From: Gammaproteobacteria bacterium
Lineage (GTDB): Bacteria; Pseudomonadota; Gammaproteobacteria; UBA6186; Azoamicaceae
NCBI GenBank assembly: GCA_044225395.1
Contig: JBGAIP010000004.1
Location: forward strand, 15,098-79,097
DNA length: 64,000 nt
Direction of reading: 5' to 3'
Part shown: positions 48,137 to 59,374 of the stretch, piece after piece
Position numbering within the stretch: position 1 is the first letter of the stretch
Layout of the letters: each line of letters begins with the position of its first letter
Notes under the pieces: generated by a model
Databases searched by the model: none
The model's input: the letters and a program-made list of their open reading frames with translations, nothing else
What the model was told of the DNA's origin: nothing
Made by a program: the position numbers and the translations under genes

Positions 48137-48673
48137 ATGAAATTCTTATTTGATTTTTTCCCCATAGCACTTTTCTTTATTGCTTTTAAAATGGGGGATA
48201 TCTACCTCGCAACCATAACTGCCATTGTTGCAAGTGTTATACAAGTATTGTGGTCTCGATACAAAACAGGGCGATTTGAAAAATTACCGCTTATTACACT
48301 CGTCACAATTGTTATCTTAGGTGGCGCAACATTATTTTTTAAAAATGAATTATTTATTAAATGGAAACCCACTGCACTTTATTGGGTACTTGCGCTTGCT
48401 TTGTTTATAAGCCAATTCATCGGAAGAAAGCCGTTAATGCAACGTTTATTGGAACAAAACATCGAGTTGCCTATTAAAATTTGGCATCAACTGAATTTAA
48501 GTTGGGCCCTCTTTTTTGCAGCAATGGGTATTGCAAACCTTTATGTAGTGTACCATTTTGATACTGACACTTGGGTTAATTTTAAATTATTTGGTACATT
48601 GGGCTTAACGTTGGTTTTTATTGTGCTGCAAGGGTTCTATATGGCAAAGCATTTTAATCAAAGTAAGGAATAA
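48137..48673 (+). CDS. yciB: Intracellular septation protein YciB/IspZ
   Basis: MKFLFDFFPIALFFIAFK.. and five TM helices. Confidence 0.9.
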   Translation: MKFLFDFFPIALFFIAFKMGDIYLATITAIVASVIQVLWSRYKTGRFEKLPLITLVTIVILGGATLFFKNELFIKWKPTALYWVLALALFISQFIGRKPLMQRLLEQNIELPIKIWHQLNLSWALFFAAMGIANLYVVYHFDTDTWVNFKLFGTLGLTLVFIVLQGFYMAKHFNQSKE

Positions 48674-48676
48674 CAC

Positions 48677-48949
48677 ATGGCACAATCCACAGATAGAATC
48701 AGTCTGATTAAAGCCGCTCTGCAAAGCTTACAACCCACACTGCTAACCATAGACGATCAAAGTAATTTTCATGCAAACCATCCAGGCGCACAAAGTGGCG
48801 GCGGACATTTTACACTCACCATTGTGAGCAATGTATTTGAAGGTAAATCATCAGTGCGACGCCATCAAATGATCTATGAAGCACTAGGGGATTTGATGAA
48901 GCACGATATTCACGCGATTAGTATTAATGCAAAAACGCCGAATGAGTGA
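48677..48949 (+). CDS. BolA-family protein
   Basis: ..HFTLTIVSNVFEGKSSVRRHQMIYEAL...IHAISINAKTPNE. Confidence 0.88.
   Translation: MAQSTDRISLIKAALQSLQPTLLTIDDQSNFHANHPGAQSGGGHFTLTIVSNVFEGKSSVRRHQMIYEALGDLMKHDIHAISINAKTPNE
48922..48949 (+). repeat. 28-bp direct repeat, copy 1 (3' end of the bolA-family gene; putative att site)
   Basis: tattaatgcaaaaacgccgaatgagtga is identical to 50771-50798. Confidence 0.9.
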
Positions 48950-48953
48950 CTCT

Positions 48954-50138
48954 TCAAACTATTTCTTTATTCCACAACTTCTTTAGAAATATCTCCCAAG
49001 GTAAAATTAAGATTTCTCTGCCCAATTCCGTTGTTATTTTTCGTGGATGCGTATCTCTTGAAACCACATAGGCTTGTTCGGGTTGATGTTCATCACAAAA
49101 TGCAATAAGACCCCTCAAATCTTGCTTGTTTACGTTATCATCAATTTTAACTTCTATTGCAACCTTGCCACCACCTAAAATAAAATCCACTTCTAACTTT
49201 GTTTTGGTCCTCCAAAAGTTAATGTCAAAATCTAAATCATTTAACCCTCTATAACCCATCAGTTCCATTAAAATAAAATGCTCAAAGGCATTACCAGCCT
49301 CGCTGCCATTCAATATTGAGATAGTTTGCTTTGAAAGAAAATTAGCAACGCCCACATCAAATAAATAAAATTTAGGCGTAGCACTAATAACATCGCGGCC
49401 CTTCTTTTTTATATACGGCTCTACAAAGTAACCCACCAGAGTATCGATTAAGATTTGATAATATTCTTTGATCGTTTTTGAATCAATAGCACACTCTCTA
49501 GCAATATTTGAATAATTAACCAGCATGCCATTGCTAAACACTAAAGAATCTAAAAAACGTGCAAAAGCAGGAAGATTCCGTGTTAACCCTTCGGCTTTAA
49601 TTTCGTGTGTTAGATAATCTTGCACATAAGCTTTTAAAGAACGTCTCGGATTTTCTGATAAATAATGCGAGGGTATAAGCCCTGTATTTAAAGCACGTAA
49701 TAGATTAAAATTCGTAATTTCAGGGTAAACCAGTGGATAAAAAGTATAACCCCAAGCACGGCCTCCCAATAAATTCACGCCTGCTCTTTTGAGCTTTCGA
49801 GCGCTAGACCCACACAATATAAACTGAGCATTTGCATTTTCAATGAGCCAATGGATCTCATCTAACAATGAAGGCACTTTTTGAACTCCGTCAATAATAA
49901 TGGGATATTTTAAAGCTTCATTATCCAGTGCCAAAATTTCTTCACGCAATAAATGTGGCGCTTTTGTGAACTTTAAAAAAACATCCGATTTTAATAAATC
50001 ATAATAAATAGAGCGTGGGTAATGACCATGAAGATAGGTCGATTTTCCAGTTTTCCTAGCCCCCCATAAAAAAGCAGACTGCCCCTTGGGCAGGTCTACT
50101 TTAAGAAGACGTTTATAAGTAACTAATTCGGAATTCAT
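48954..50138 (-). CDS. AAA-family ATPase with DUF4143 domain
   Basis: Walker A WGARKTGKST. AAA_14-like N-terminus. The C-terminal half is typical of DUF4143 proteins. Confidence 0.8.
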   Translation of the reverse strand: MNSELVTYKRLLKVDLPKGQSAFLWGARKTGKSTYLHGHYPRSIYYDLLKSDVFLKFTKAPHLLREEILALDNEALKYPIIIDGVQKVPSLLDEIHWLIENANAQFILCGSSARKLKRAGVNLLGGRAWGYTFYPLVYPEITNFNLLRALNTGLIPSHYLSENPRRSLKAYVQDYLTHEIKAEGLTRNLPAFARFLDSLVFSNGMLVNYSNIARECAIDSKTIKEYYQILIDTLVGYFVEPYIKKKGRDVISATPKFYLFDVGVANFLSKQTISILNGSEAGNAFEHFILMELMGYRGLNDLDFDINFWRTKTKLEVDFILGGGKVAIEVKIDDNVNKQDLRGLIAFCDEHQPEQAYVVSRDTHPRKITTELGREILILPWEIFLKKLWNKEIV

Positions 50139-50263
50139 TCCTAAATAGTATCACTAATTCGGAATATATTCCATATTAGTTATGACAAATTTTGGATCCC
50201 TTCAAGACAATCTGGCTAACCCACCACGAAATACTTGTATATCAACATAATATGTCGCTGCTT

Positions 50264-50365
50264 AATGTGGTGCTGACGCACGCTTATAGCTGCCGATTCT
50301 CTCGAAGTTACGTTTGGCTAAGCCCGGCTGTCTTCCTCGCGAATGCGGGGATCCAGTCAAAAATA
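50264..50365 (+). repeat. 102-bp inverted repeat, left arm
   Basis: By manual comparison, a perfect reverse complement of 50618-50719. Contains the small hairpin tcctcgcgaatgcgggga. Confidence 0.9.
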
Positions 50366-50474
50366 AATCAAACACAATAAAAAAATCGCTTTTTCGTGCA
50401 AGAATAGGAATACAAGCGAAGCGCAAAAAAAGCGGTTGGAATAATCAATATTTACTTAAGATGTTATCTGCAAC

Positions 50475-50606
50475 ATGAAAGAAGGGTATGTTTATATTCT
50501 AGCGAGTCAGCGAAACGGTACGCTGCATGTTGGCGTAACTGCGTATTTACGAAAACGAATACATGAACATAAAATTGGGGTTGTGCCAGGATTTACATCA
50601 AAATAA
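50475..50606 (+). pseudogene. GIY-YIG nuclease-family (UPF0213) gene remnant, truncated after 43 codons
   Basis: MKEGYVYILASQRNGTLHVGVTAYLRKRIHEHKIGVVPGFTSK then a stop. Full-length family members are ~90-100 aa. Confidence 0.7.
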
Positions 50607-50617
50607 GGAGTATGAAT

Positions 50618-50719
50618 TATTTTTGACTGGATCCCCGCATTCGCGAGGAAGACAGCCGGGCTTAGCCAAACGTAACTTCGAGAGAATCGGCAGCTATAAG
50701 CGTGCGTCAGCACCACATT
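50618..50719 (-). repeat. 102-bp inverted repeat, right arm
   Basis: Reverse complement of 50264-50365. Confidence 0.9.
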
Positions 50720-50770
50720 TTGATAAAAGGCATTGGCGTTGGGTTGGTGCAAGGATAAAAAATAACTCAA

Positions 50771-50798
50771 TATTAATGCAAAAACGCCGAATGAGTGA
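50771..50798 (+). repeat. 28-bp direct repeat, copy 2
   Basis: Identical to 48922-48949. Retains coding potential for ..INAKTPNE plus the stop. Confidence 0.9.
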
Positions 50799-50810
50799 TT
50801 TTCCTCAAAT

Positions 50811-51806
50811 TTAATTTAAGAATTCGCCCCAAAAATCTATACTACCTTTAAGTGCTACAGGCGATTGTTGATTAATTAAAATAATAATACCAATGTCTTC
50901 ATCGGGTATCAATCCAATAAATGTACTGACGCCTGAGATAAATCCACTATGAAATATTAAATCTTTACCAGGATATTCTTTAGGCTTTAAAATACGCCAC
51001 CCCAGGCCGTAATAAGAATTAAACTTATCTCTATCGGATTGCCATCCTATCTGCCATTTATCAACATCGTGATTCGTCATACTCGTTTTATATAGAGAAT
51101 CTAATGTTTTCTGAGAAATAAGATCGGATCTATAACCAAAACTTAATTTAAATAATTCAATCATGCCATCAATCGATGCGAAAACACCTGCTGCTGCAGG
51201 TGCTGCTTTTGGATAATAAGGCGGGAATGGCAATGGTTTGAGGAAATTTTCCGTTGTTTTATCTCTGCCGTGAGGATAAGCAACTTCTAAATGAGAATCG
51301 ACTGGAACAAGTTGAAACCCTTCTGTTTTAAGCGTCCGTTTGAGATTTTGAATAGCAGACTTCAAGCTCGATTGTTTGGTATTTAGCGCCTCTTCAACCA
51401 GTCCAAAAATCATGTTGCTGTAAAAATAACTTTCACCTGGTTTAGATTTGGGCGTTTGCGTTTTAAGTACCTCTAAAATTTTTTGACGACTCATTCCCTG
51501 CTCAATCTGAGCATTGCCTGTAAATGGGTATCCTGTTGTGTGGCCCAAAAGATTCCTTAAAGTAACAGGATACTTGAGATAAGGTAATTTGAATGTTTCA
51601 TCAAAGCTCAACGCACCCTGATCAACCATCAGTGCAATGGCTGTAGCTGCAACTGGCTTCGATACAGATGCTAAGGGAAACAATGTTGTTGATGTAATAA
51701 GTCCAGTATGGCCTTTTTGATAACCAAATGTTGTTTTATAAACTACTTGCCCTTTATACAAAACAGCGAAAGCCCCACCTTGCAGCTCACCCTTTTGAGA
51801 TTCCAA
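50811..51806 (-). CDS. Serine hydrolase / class C beta-lactamase-family protein; signal peptide appears to be in a different frame
   Basis: SxxK motif in LASVSKP. A candidate signal peptide MRFLTVVMMLFCITSAVAES starts at 51906 but runs into TGA. The mature domain continues in a frame offset by one nt, with the junction near 51812-51825. Confidence 0.75.
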   Translation of the reverse strand: MESQKGELQGGAFAVLYKGQVVYKTTFGYQKGHTGLITSTTLFPLASVSKPVAATAIALMVDQGALSFDETFKLPYLKYPVTLRNLLGHTTGYPFTGNAQIEQGMSRQKILEVLKTQTPKSKPGESYFYSNMIFGLVEEALNTKQSSLKSAIQNLKRTLKTEGFQLVPVDSHLEVAYPHGRDKTTENFLKPLPFPPYYPKAAPAAAGVFASIDGMIELFKLSFGYRSDLISQKTLDSLYKTSMTNHDVDKWQIGWQSDRDKFNSYYGLGWRILKPKEYPGKDLIFHSGFISGVSTFIGLIPDEDIGIIILINQQSPVALKGSIDFWGEFLN

Positions 51807-51913
51807 TTTTTCAAATAAAACGCTTCAACTTTGCTGGAATTTCTAGCGATTCTGCTACAGCAGATGTTATGCAGAATAACATCATGACGACTGTCAAAAA
51901 TCTCATCAAACTT

Positions 51914-52546
51914 CTATTCATTTTTTTCTGATACCTGCGAACTTGTCATTAAAAATGTTCTGAATTTTTCCATTAGCCCCTGCATCGCTTGAGCACGATG
52001 ACTCATTTTATTTTTGACTTCTAATCCCAATTCGGCAAACGTTTTGTCGTACCCTTCTGGTACAAAAATGGGATCATAAGCAAACCCATCCTCGCCTCGC
52101 GGCGGAAAAGTAAGTAAGCCTTTATCTTGAGCTTCGTGCGTGATTAAGAAATCATGAGACGGTATATATAAGACAGTCGCACTATTAAAAGAAGCGGAAT
52201 AATTACCAACGTCTCTTAACATTTCTTCTAATTTTATAAACGTCTTTGCCATACCACCACATTCTACTGAAAATTCTTTTGTTCTGACGCCTGGAAAACC
52301 ATTTAATGCCTCAAGACTTAAACCCGAATCTTCCGACAATGTCGGTAAGTTTGTATGTTGCGCATAGTATTTTGCTTTATGAATAGCATTTTCCATAAAA
52401 CTATGATGCGGTTCATCTGGTTCAGGAATATTAAAATCTTTTAAAGATCGCACATCAATTTTTAGGCCGTCTAACGCATGCAAAATTTTATGGATTTCTC
52501 TTATTTTACCTTCATTTGTTGAAGCAACAACTATTGTATAATGCAC
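51914..52546 (-). CDS. rdgB: Non-canonical purine NTP pyrophosphatase RdgB/HAM1
   Basis: [26 protein letters not shown]. Confidence 0.9.
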   Translation of the reverse strand: MHYTIVVASTNEGKIREIHKILHALDGLKIDVRSLKDFNIPEPDEPHHSFMENAIHKAKYYAQHTNLPTLSEDSGLSLEALNGFPGVRTKEFSVECGGMAKTFIKLEEMLRDVGNYSASFNSATVLYIPSHDFLITHEAQDKGLLTFPPRGEDGFAYDPIFVPEGYDKTFAELGLEVKNKMSHRAQAMQGLMEKFRTFLMTSSQVSEKNE

Positions 52547-54759
52547 GAAGTGACCTTTTCAAAACCTTTTGGCAATTTAACGCCACGACCACCCACGTCA
52601 ACCATGTAAGGCTTCAATTCTTTGGCTTTTAACTCAAGTTTTTTTCGACCTGCAACAATAACCAAGGTTTGATGCGACATTAACATAACCGTGTGAATAA
52701 TACTACTTTCTTTTTTAATACCTGCCAATTTATTGCCTTTACCTTTTGTCATTTCAGGCGCTTCTGATAACGGAAATAATGATAAACGTCCGTCTTGGGT
52801 AACAACCGCAACCATTGATTTATTATCGACAACTTTAAGCGCTGGCAATAACATTTGGCCTTCTTTTATTTTAACTATTGCTTTACCATTCTTATTTTTA
52901 GCCAGCAATTCAGAAAAGGGAATCGTAAAACCATATCCAGCATTGGACATTAATAAATAACGATCGGTATTTTCGCCCATTAAAACGCTTTCGAAAGTAG
53001 CACCGGGCGGTGGGTTTATACGACCCGTTAGTGGTTCGCCCTGACCACGCGCAGAGGGTAAATTTTGAACAGATAATGTATAGGCACGACCGGTAGAATC
53101 TAGAAATACGACCGGTTGATCACTTCTACCCGCAATTGCAAATTTAAATTCGTCGCCGGTTTTATAACTTAAGATTGTCGCATCGATGTCATGTCCTTTT
53201 GCAGAACGCACCCAACCTTTACTAGACAATATAACAGTAACAAGTTCTGCAGTAGGTTTATCGATTTCTTCTAATACTTTGGCATCGAATCTAACCACAA
53301 TGGGAGAACGTCGTTCATCGCCATAGGTTTTATAATCTTGTTCCAATTCACGTTTAACTAACGTTTTTAAGCGCTGATCTGAACCCAGTATTTTTTCGAG
53401 ATTAACACGTTCTTCCGACAACTCTTTTTGTTCAGCACGAATTTTTGTTTCTTCTAGTTTAGCCAAGTGTCGCAATTTTAAATCCAAGATAGCTTCTGCT
53501 TGCGTATCGCTTAACCCAAATTTTTTCATTAATGCACGTTTAGGTTCGTCTTCATGTCTAATAATAAGAATAACTTCATCCAAATTTAAAAAGGCAATTA
53601 AAAACCCATCTAATACATCCAGACGAGTCGTGACTTTTTCTAATCGATAGGTTAAACGTCGACGAACTGTTTCTTGTCTAAAACTTAACCATTCAAACAA
53701 TATTTCTTTTAAATTTTTAACACGGGGTCTGCCGTCTAGCCCTATCATATTTAAATTAACACGATAGGTTCGCTCTAAATCGGTTGTCGCAAATAAATGT
53801 GCCATCAGAGAATCGACATCCACCCGATTAGAACGCGGTGTAATCACCAAGCGTGTAGGTTCTTCGTGATCAGACTCATCCCGCAAATCAGACACCATGG
53901 GTAATTTTTTGGCTTGCATTAACGCAGCAATTTGTTCTAACACTTTGCTACCAGACACCAAATGTGGCAATGCAGTAATAACAATATCGCCATCCTCTTC
54001 TGTATAAACAGCACGCATCCTTAAAGATCCGCCACCGGTTTGATAGATTTTAATAATATCGCTTTTCGGTGTAATAATTTCGGCTTCTGTTGGAAAATCG
54101 GGTCCTTGGATAATTTCACACAGTTTATCAATGGTTGCATTTGGATTTTCAAGGCAATAAATTAACGCTTGTACAATTTCACCCAAATTATGGGGTGGAA
54201 TATCCGTTGCCATACCAACCGCAATACCTGTCGTGCCATTCAGTAACACATTCGGTAGACGTGCGGGCAGTAATTTGGGTTCTTCTAAAGTACCATCAAA
54301 GTTTGAAGCCCAATCTACTGTACCATGCTCTAATTCGCTTAATAACGCATTTGCATAAGGCGATAATCGCGCTTCAGTGTAACGCATAGCTGCAAAAGAT
54401 TTGGGATCATCAGGAGAACCCCAATTGCCTTGGCCATCGACAAATGGATATCGATAAGAAAAAGATTGGGCCATTAAAACCATGGCTTCGTAACACGCCG
54501 CTTCCCCGTGTGGATGAAACTTACCTAATACATCACCGATTGTACGCGCAGATTTTTTATACTTGGCCGCTGCAATTAAGCCTAGCTCCGACATCGCATA
54601 AATAATGCGTCTTTGGACTGGCTTTAAGCCATCGGCAATATTGGGCAACGCCCGATCTAGAATAACGTACATGGAATAATCCAAATACGCATGTTCTGTA
54701 AAAACCCTTAAGGATTGTTGTTCTTCATTTGAAATTTTAATCGCTTTTGATTTAGACAT
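52531..54759 (-). CDS. parC: DNA topoisomerase IV subunit A
   Basis: [21 protein letters not shown] catalytic Tyr. Lies downstream of parE. Confidence 0.95.
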   Translation of the reverse strand: MSKSKAIKISNEEQQSLRVFTEHAYLDYSMYVILDRALPNIADGLKPVQRRIIYAMSELGLIAAAKYKKSARTIGDVLGKFHPHGEAACYEAMVLMAQSFSYRYPFVDGQGNWGSPDDPKSFAAMRYTEARLSPYANALLSELEHGTVDWASNFDGTLEEPKLLPARLPNVLLNGTTGIAVGMATDIPPHNLGEIVQALIYCLENPNATIDKLCEIIQGPDFPTEAEIITPKSDIIKIYQTGGGSLRMRAVYTEEDGDIVITALPHLVSGSKVLEQIAALMQAKKLPMVSDLRDESDHEEPTRLVITPRSNRVDVDSLMAHLFATTDLERTYRVNLNMIGLDGRPRVKNLKEILFEWLSFRQETVRRRLTYRLEKVTTRLDVLDGFLIAFLNLDEVILIIRHEDEPKRALMKKFGLSDTQAEAILDLKLRHLAKLEETKIRAEQKELSEERVNLEKILGSDQRLKTLVKRELEQDYKTYGDERRSPIVVRFDAKVLEEIDKPTAELVTVILSSKGWVRSAKGHDIDATILSYKTGDEFKFAIAGRSDQPVVFLDSTGRAYTLSVQNLPSARGQGEPLTGRINPPPGATFESVLMGENTDRYLLMSNAGYGFTIPFSELLAKNKNGKAIVKIKEGQMLLPALKVVDNKSMVAVVTQDGRLSLFPLSEAPEMTKGKGNKLAGIKKESSIIHTVMLMSHQTLVIVAGRKKLELKAKELKPYMVDVGGRGVKLPKGFEKVTSCIIQ

Positions 54760-56644
54760 CTGCTAAGTTACCTTTACTTTCTAGCCAATTTTTTCTATCT
54801 GCTGCACGTTTTTTAGCCAACAGCATATCCATAAAATTCACTGTGTCTTCCTCTGGCAGTAATTTTAATTGTACTAATCGACGTGTATCAGGTGCCATCG
54901 TTGTTTCTCGAAGCTGAATGGGATTCATCTCACCCAAGCCTTTAAAACGTTGCACTACAATTTTTGCTTTCGCTTTTTCAGCAACAATTCTATCTGTAAT
55001 ACCCTGTTTTTCCGCATCATCTAGCGCATAGTAAACTTCTTTACCGGCATCGATACGATACAAAGGTGGCATCGCGACATATAAATGACCTGCTTCCACC
55101 AACGGTCTAAAATGTTTTACAAATAAAGCGCAGAGCAATGTTGCAATGTGTTGTCCATCTGAATCGGCATCTGCCAAAATACAAATTTTACCGTAACGTA
55201 ATTTTTCTAGGGTAGCAACACCAGGGTCAACACCGATCGCCACAGAAATATCGTGGACTTCTTGAGAACCCAATACTTCTAAAGACGCGACTTCCCACGT
55301 ATTTAAAATTTTACCGCGAAGTGGCATAACCGCTTGGAAGGTACGATCGCGCGCTTGTTTAGCTGATCCACCTGCTGAATCGCCTTCCACTAAAAATAAT
55401 TCGCAACGATTTAAATCTTGTAGCGTACAATCTGCTAATTTGCCCGGTAGTGCTGGGCCCTGTGTAATTTTTTTACGGGCAATCATTTTTCCTTGACGCA
55501 ACCGTTTTTCAGCAGTTTCGATGATAAATTCGGCAAGCTCGGTTGCAATTTGTACATGTTGATTCAACCATAAACTAAATGAATCTTTGACAACACCTGA
55601 CACAAAAGCTGCAATCTCTCTGGAAGATAAGCGTTCCTTAGTTTGTCCTGAAAATTGAGGATCTAATAACTTAACCGATAAAACAAAATTAATTTTATCC
55701 CAAACATCTTCTGGTGCTAATTTAACCCCCCTAGGCAATAAACTCCGAAGTTCACAAAAATCACGCATAGCTTCTAACAAACCCGTCCGTAATCCATTAA
55801 CATGTGTACCACCTTGCGCAGTCGGTACCAAATTCACATAGCTATCTTGCAGTGACTCACTTTCTTCCGGTGTCCAAACAACTGCAAAATTCGCAACTTC
55901 ATCGTTGCCTTCGAATAATCCCTCAAACGGATCTTCCGGTAAAAGTAATCGATTACCCATCTGTTCCAATAGATAAGCTTTGAGTCCACCTGCGTAACAC
56001 CATTCATAAGGACCCTCGTTGTTTTGATGATCTTCCAAAATAACCGTTAATCCGGGACATAAAACGGCTTTGGCTTGACATAAATGTTTAAGCGGTTTGT
56101 TTAAAATTTTAGGAGAATCAAAATATTTTGGCTCAGGCCAAAATTTAACCGTCGTACCTTGTTCGTTTTTATCGCACTTTCCAATCACTTTAAGCTTAGA
56201 AACGGGCTCACCTTGCTCAAAAGCCATATAGTACACTTGACCTTGTCGTTTTACCCAAACCTCTAACTTCTTAGATAATGCATTAACAACAGACACACCA
56301 ACGCCATGTAAACCACCCGAAAAACGATAGTCCTTACCAGAAAATTTTGCACCTGCATGTAAGCGCGTTAAAATTAATTCTATGCCAGATACTTTGTGTT
56401 GTGGATGAATATCGACAGGCATACCACGACCATTATCAGACACTTCTAAACCTCCATCCGCATGTAATACAATTTTTATGGTGCTGGCATATCCACTAAT
56501 CCCTTCATCTACACTGTTGTCTATCACTTCTTGCAAAAGATGATTGGGGCGAGATGTGTCGGTATACATACCGGGACGCTTACGTACCGGATCAAGCCCG
56601 CTCAGCACTTCAATGGATTCAGCGTTATAACTCTTTTTTGCCAT
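54752..56644 (-). CDS. parE: DNA topoisomerase IV subunit B
   Basis: [38 protein letters not shown]. 630 aa with no GyrB insertion. Confidence 0.95.
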   Translation of the reverse strand: MAKKSYNAESIEVLSGLDPVRKRPGMYTDTSRPNHLLQEVIDNSVDEGISGYASTIKIVLHADGGLEVSDNGRGMPVDIHPQHKVSGIELILTRLHAGAKFSGKDYRFSGGLHGVGVSVVNALSKKLEVWVKRQGQVYYMAFEQGEPVSKLKVIGKCDKNEQGTTVKFWPEPKYFDSPKILNKPLKHLCQAKAVLCPGLTVILEDHQNNEGPYEWCYAGGLKAYLLEQMGNRLLLPEDPFEGLFEGNDEVANFAVVWTPEESESLQDSYVNLVPTAQGGTHVNGLRTGLLEAMRDFCELRSLLPRGVKLAPEDVWDKINFVLSVKLLDPQFSGQTKERLSSREIAAFVSGVVKDSFSLWLNQHVQIATELAEFIIETAEKRLRQGKMIARKKITQGPALPGKLADCTLQDLNRCELFLVEGDSAGGSAKQARDRTFQAVMPLRGKILNTWEVASLEVLGSQEVHDISVAIGVDPGVATLEKLRYGKICILADADSDGQHIATLLCALFVKHFRPLVEAGHLYVAMPPLYRIDAGKEVYYALDDAEKQGITDRIVAEKAKAKIVVQRFKGLGEMNPIQLRETTMAPDTRRLVQLKLLPEEDTVNFMDMLLAKKRAADRKNWLESKGNLADV

Positions 56645-56656
56645 AAAATATCCTAA

Positions 56657-57283
56657 TCACAATAATTTTTTTGCAAGACGTTCTGCCTCATTTATCAATC
56701 CCTCTAGCATATCATTACTGATAGCCAAATCGACGCCTTTTTCAATATAGAACGGTTTTCCTAAATAAAAAACAACTTTAGCAAAAGGTTTTGGGATTTC
56801 GTATTTATCCCAAGCTTTTTTAAACACCCATCGATGACTAAAAGCACTGCCCACGGGAATAATGGGGATCCCAAATTTCTGTGCCATGTGTGTCATGCCG
56901 GGTTTTACTTTATATATCGGACCAATCGGTCCGTCAATGCCAAAGCCTAAGGAATAGCCTTCCTTCAACTTTCGGATCATACCTGCCAATGCACTGATAT
57001 TCTGTTTGCGTGAAGAGCCTCGAATGACTTCATACCCTAAATTTTCTAACCATACCGTTAGCAAATCGCCATCGCGAGATGGACTCACGAGTACAGCGCG
57101 ACGTGTACCATGTTGTTGTAATTCAAACACAGGCAATAGCTGTTTTCCATGCCAAAATGCAAATAAATATTGTGTTGTAGGATTATATTCCGGATGTTTA
57201 AAGACAACGACCCGCAGTGTCTTACCTAACAAACATGTTATATAATAGGCAAGTTGCCCTAAAATTTTGCTTTTTAATGTCAT
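56657..57283 (-). CDS. DUF374-domain protein (lysophospholipid acyltransferase-like)
   Basis: FWHGKQLL..VSPSRDGDLL..GYEVIRGSS. Confidence 0.75.
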   Translation of the reverse strand: MTLKSKILGQLAYYITCLLGKTLRVVVFKHPEYNPTTQYLFAFWHGKQLLPVFELQQHGTRRAVLVSPSRDGDLLTVWLENLGYEVIRGSSRKQNISALAGMIRKLKEGYSLGFGIDGPIGPIYKVKPGMTHMAQKFGIPIIPVGSAFSHRWVFKKAWDKYEIPKPFAKVVFYLGKPFYIEKGVDLAISNDMLEGLINEAERLAKKLL

Positions 57284-57753
57284 GTGATTCTATCAAATAT
57301 TTTTAATGTAAACTTATCGTGTTTTTCTTCGGAAATCATTTCCCATTCCGTCCAATCAATCTTTGGAAAATAAGTATCTCCCGCATAATGCTGGTTCACA
57401 AGAGTTAAGTAAAATCGCGAAGCTACAGGCAAAAAAGCTTCATAGACTTTTGCGCCACCAATAATCATTATCTCATCAGAATCCCCTGCGGCTTTTAATG
57501 CTTCTTCTGTTGAATGAACAACCTTGCAATGCGCCGCTGTAAAATCCAAGGCATGGGTTAAAATAATATTGAGTCTATTCGCTAAAGGTTTATTGCCCAT
57601 AGATTCAAATGTTTTACGACCCATAATAACGGGTTTACCAAGCGTTCTTTCTTTAAAATATTTCAATTCTTCCGGCAAATGCCAAGGAAGCGCATTATGA
57701 TTTCCAATCACGCCGTTTTCGCTCATGGCTGCAATTAAAGCAATATGCTGCAT
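57280..57753 (-). CDS. folA: Dihydrofolate reductase
   Basis: IAAMSENGVIGNHNALPWHLPEELKYFKERTLGKPVIMGRKTFES. Confidence 0.95.
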   Translation of the reverse strand: MQHIALIAAMSENGVIGNHNALPWHLPEELKYFKERTLGKPVIMGRKTFESMGNKPLANRLNIILTHALDFTAAHCKVVHSTEEALKAAGDSDEIMIIGGAKVYEAFLPVASRFYLTLVNQHYAGDTYFPKIDWTEWEMISEEKHDKFTLKIFDRIT

Positions 57754-57759
57754 CTCTAG

Positions 57760-58554
57760 TTACACCGCTATTGGGGCCACAATGCGTGGATGACACTCAT
57801 AATTAACCACATTAAAATCCGCATACTGAAAATCAAATATAGACTTAACGTTTAGGTTCAGTTCCAATGTTGGTAACGCGTAAGGCGCTCTTTCTAATTG
57901 TTCAGTTGCTTGTTCTAAATGATTCAAATACAAATGGGCATCTCCTAACGTGTGCACAAAATCACCGGGCTTTAAGCCAACTACTTGCGCTATCATATGC
58001 GTTAATAATGCATAAGAAGCAATATTAAAAGGGACACCTAAAAATATATCGGCACTTCGTTGATACAACTGACAAGACAATCGACCCTCTGCAACATAAA
58101 ACTGAAAAAGACAATGACACGGTGGAAGCGCCATGTTTTCGACCTCTGCAACATTCCAACCGCTGACAATTAATCGTCGTGAATCGGGCGTTTGTTTTAA
58201 CATATTGATTAAACCCGAAATTTGATCAATAGACCCACCCTTTCCATCTGGCCACGAACGCCATTGTTTACCGTAAACAGGACCGAGATCGCCATTTTCA
58301 TCAGCCCACTCATCCCATATTGTAACACCCACTTCATTTAAAGATTTAATATTGGTATCGCCACGTAAAAACCACAATAACTCGTGAATAATAGAACGCA
58401 AATGGACTTTTTTAGTTGTGACTAACGGAAATCCTTGACTCAAATCAAAACGCATTTGATGCCCAAAAATACTTAACGTACCCGTTCCCGTACGATCAGT
58501 TTTTTTAACACCTTGTTCAAGTACATGTCGCATTAATGCTAAATATTGCTGCAT
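57760..58554 (-). CDS. thyA: Thymidylate synthase
   Basis: [43 protein letters not shown]. Confidence 0.97.
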   Translation of the reverse strand: MQQYLALMRHVLEQGVKKTDRTGTGTLSIFGHQMRFDLSQGFPLVTTKKVHLRSIIHELLWFLRGDTNIKSLNEVGVTIWDEWADENGDLGPVYGKQWRSWPDGKGGSIDQISGLINMLKQTPDSRRLIVSGWNVAEVENMALPPCHCLFQFYVAEGRLSCQLYQRSADIFLGVPFNIASYALLTHMIAQVVGLKPGDFVHTLGDAHLYLNHLEQATEQLERAPYALPTLELNLNVKSIFDFQYADFNVVNYECHPRIVAPIAV

Positions 58555-58563
58555 ACGCTCTCC

Positions 58564-59349
58564 TTATTTTTGATCTGATTTAGAATAGTATTTTGCATAA
58601 AATAATAGTCCTAACCCTATTAAGATCATGGGGAACGATAAAAGTTGTCCTTTTGTCATCCACCCCAATGCAACAAAACCCTGATTGACATCAGGTTCGC
58701 GAAAAAATTCAATCACAAATCTAAAAATGCCGTAATAAATTAAAAACAAGCCTGAAACCGACCCTACTTCACGTGTTTTTTTAATGTATATATTTAATAT
58801 AAAAAATAAACCTAATCCTTCTAATGCAAATTCATACAACTGTGAAGGATGCCGTGGCAAAGCACCTGCATGCGGAAATACAATACCCCAAGGCATATGG
58901 GTGACACGTCCCCACAATTCGCCATTAATAAAATTACCTAAACGGCCCGCCATAATGCCAATGGGAATGGCAGGCGCAATAAAATCAGTTATGGCTAAAA
59001 AAGAACGCTTGTGCACTTTTCCAAATATAAAAACAGCCAAAAGAACGCCTAATAATCCACCATGAAAAGAACGTCCCGGTTCCCAAAATCTAAAGAATTT
59101 TAATGGGTCCTCAAACAGAATATGGGGTTCATAAAATAACAAATAACCCCATGTTCCGCCAAAAATAACACCCATGGCACCATAAAATAATAAATCAATA
59201 ATGGCGTCTCTATTCCAATCGGGCAGACGCCTTGCATAACAAGACCAAAAAACACCCGCAAAACCGAGTACATACATAATGCCATACCAATGGATAGCCA
59301 TGGGCCCGATTTGTAGTGCAATGGGATTAATATCAGGATAAGTGAGCAT
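58564..59349 (-). CDS. lgt: Prolipoprotein diacylglyceryl transferase
   Basis: MLTYPDINPIALQIGPMAIHWYGIMY; GRLGNFINGELWG. Confidence 0.93.
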   Translation of the reverse strand: MLTYPDINPIALQIGPMAIHWYGIMYVLGFAGVFWSCYARRLPDWNRDAIIDLLFYGAMGVIFGGTWGYLLFYEPHILFEDPLKFFRFWEPGRSFHGGLLGVLLAVFIFGKVHKRSFLAITDFIAPAIPIGIMAGRLGNFINGELWGRVTHMPWGIVFPHAGALPRHPSQLYEFALEGLGLFFILNIYIKKTREVGSVSGLFLIYYGIFRFVIEFFREPDVNQGFVALGWMTKGQLLSFPMILIGLGLLFYAKYYSKSDQK

Positions 59350-59374
59350 CAAAGAAGTATATCGCAAATTGGCT

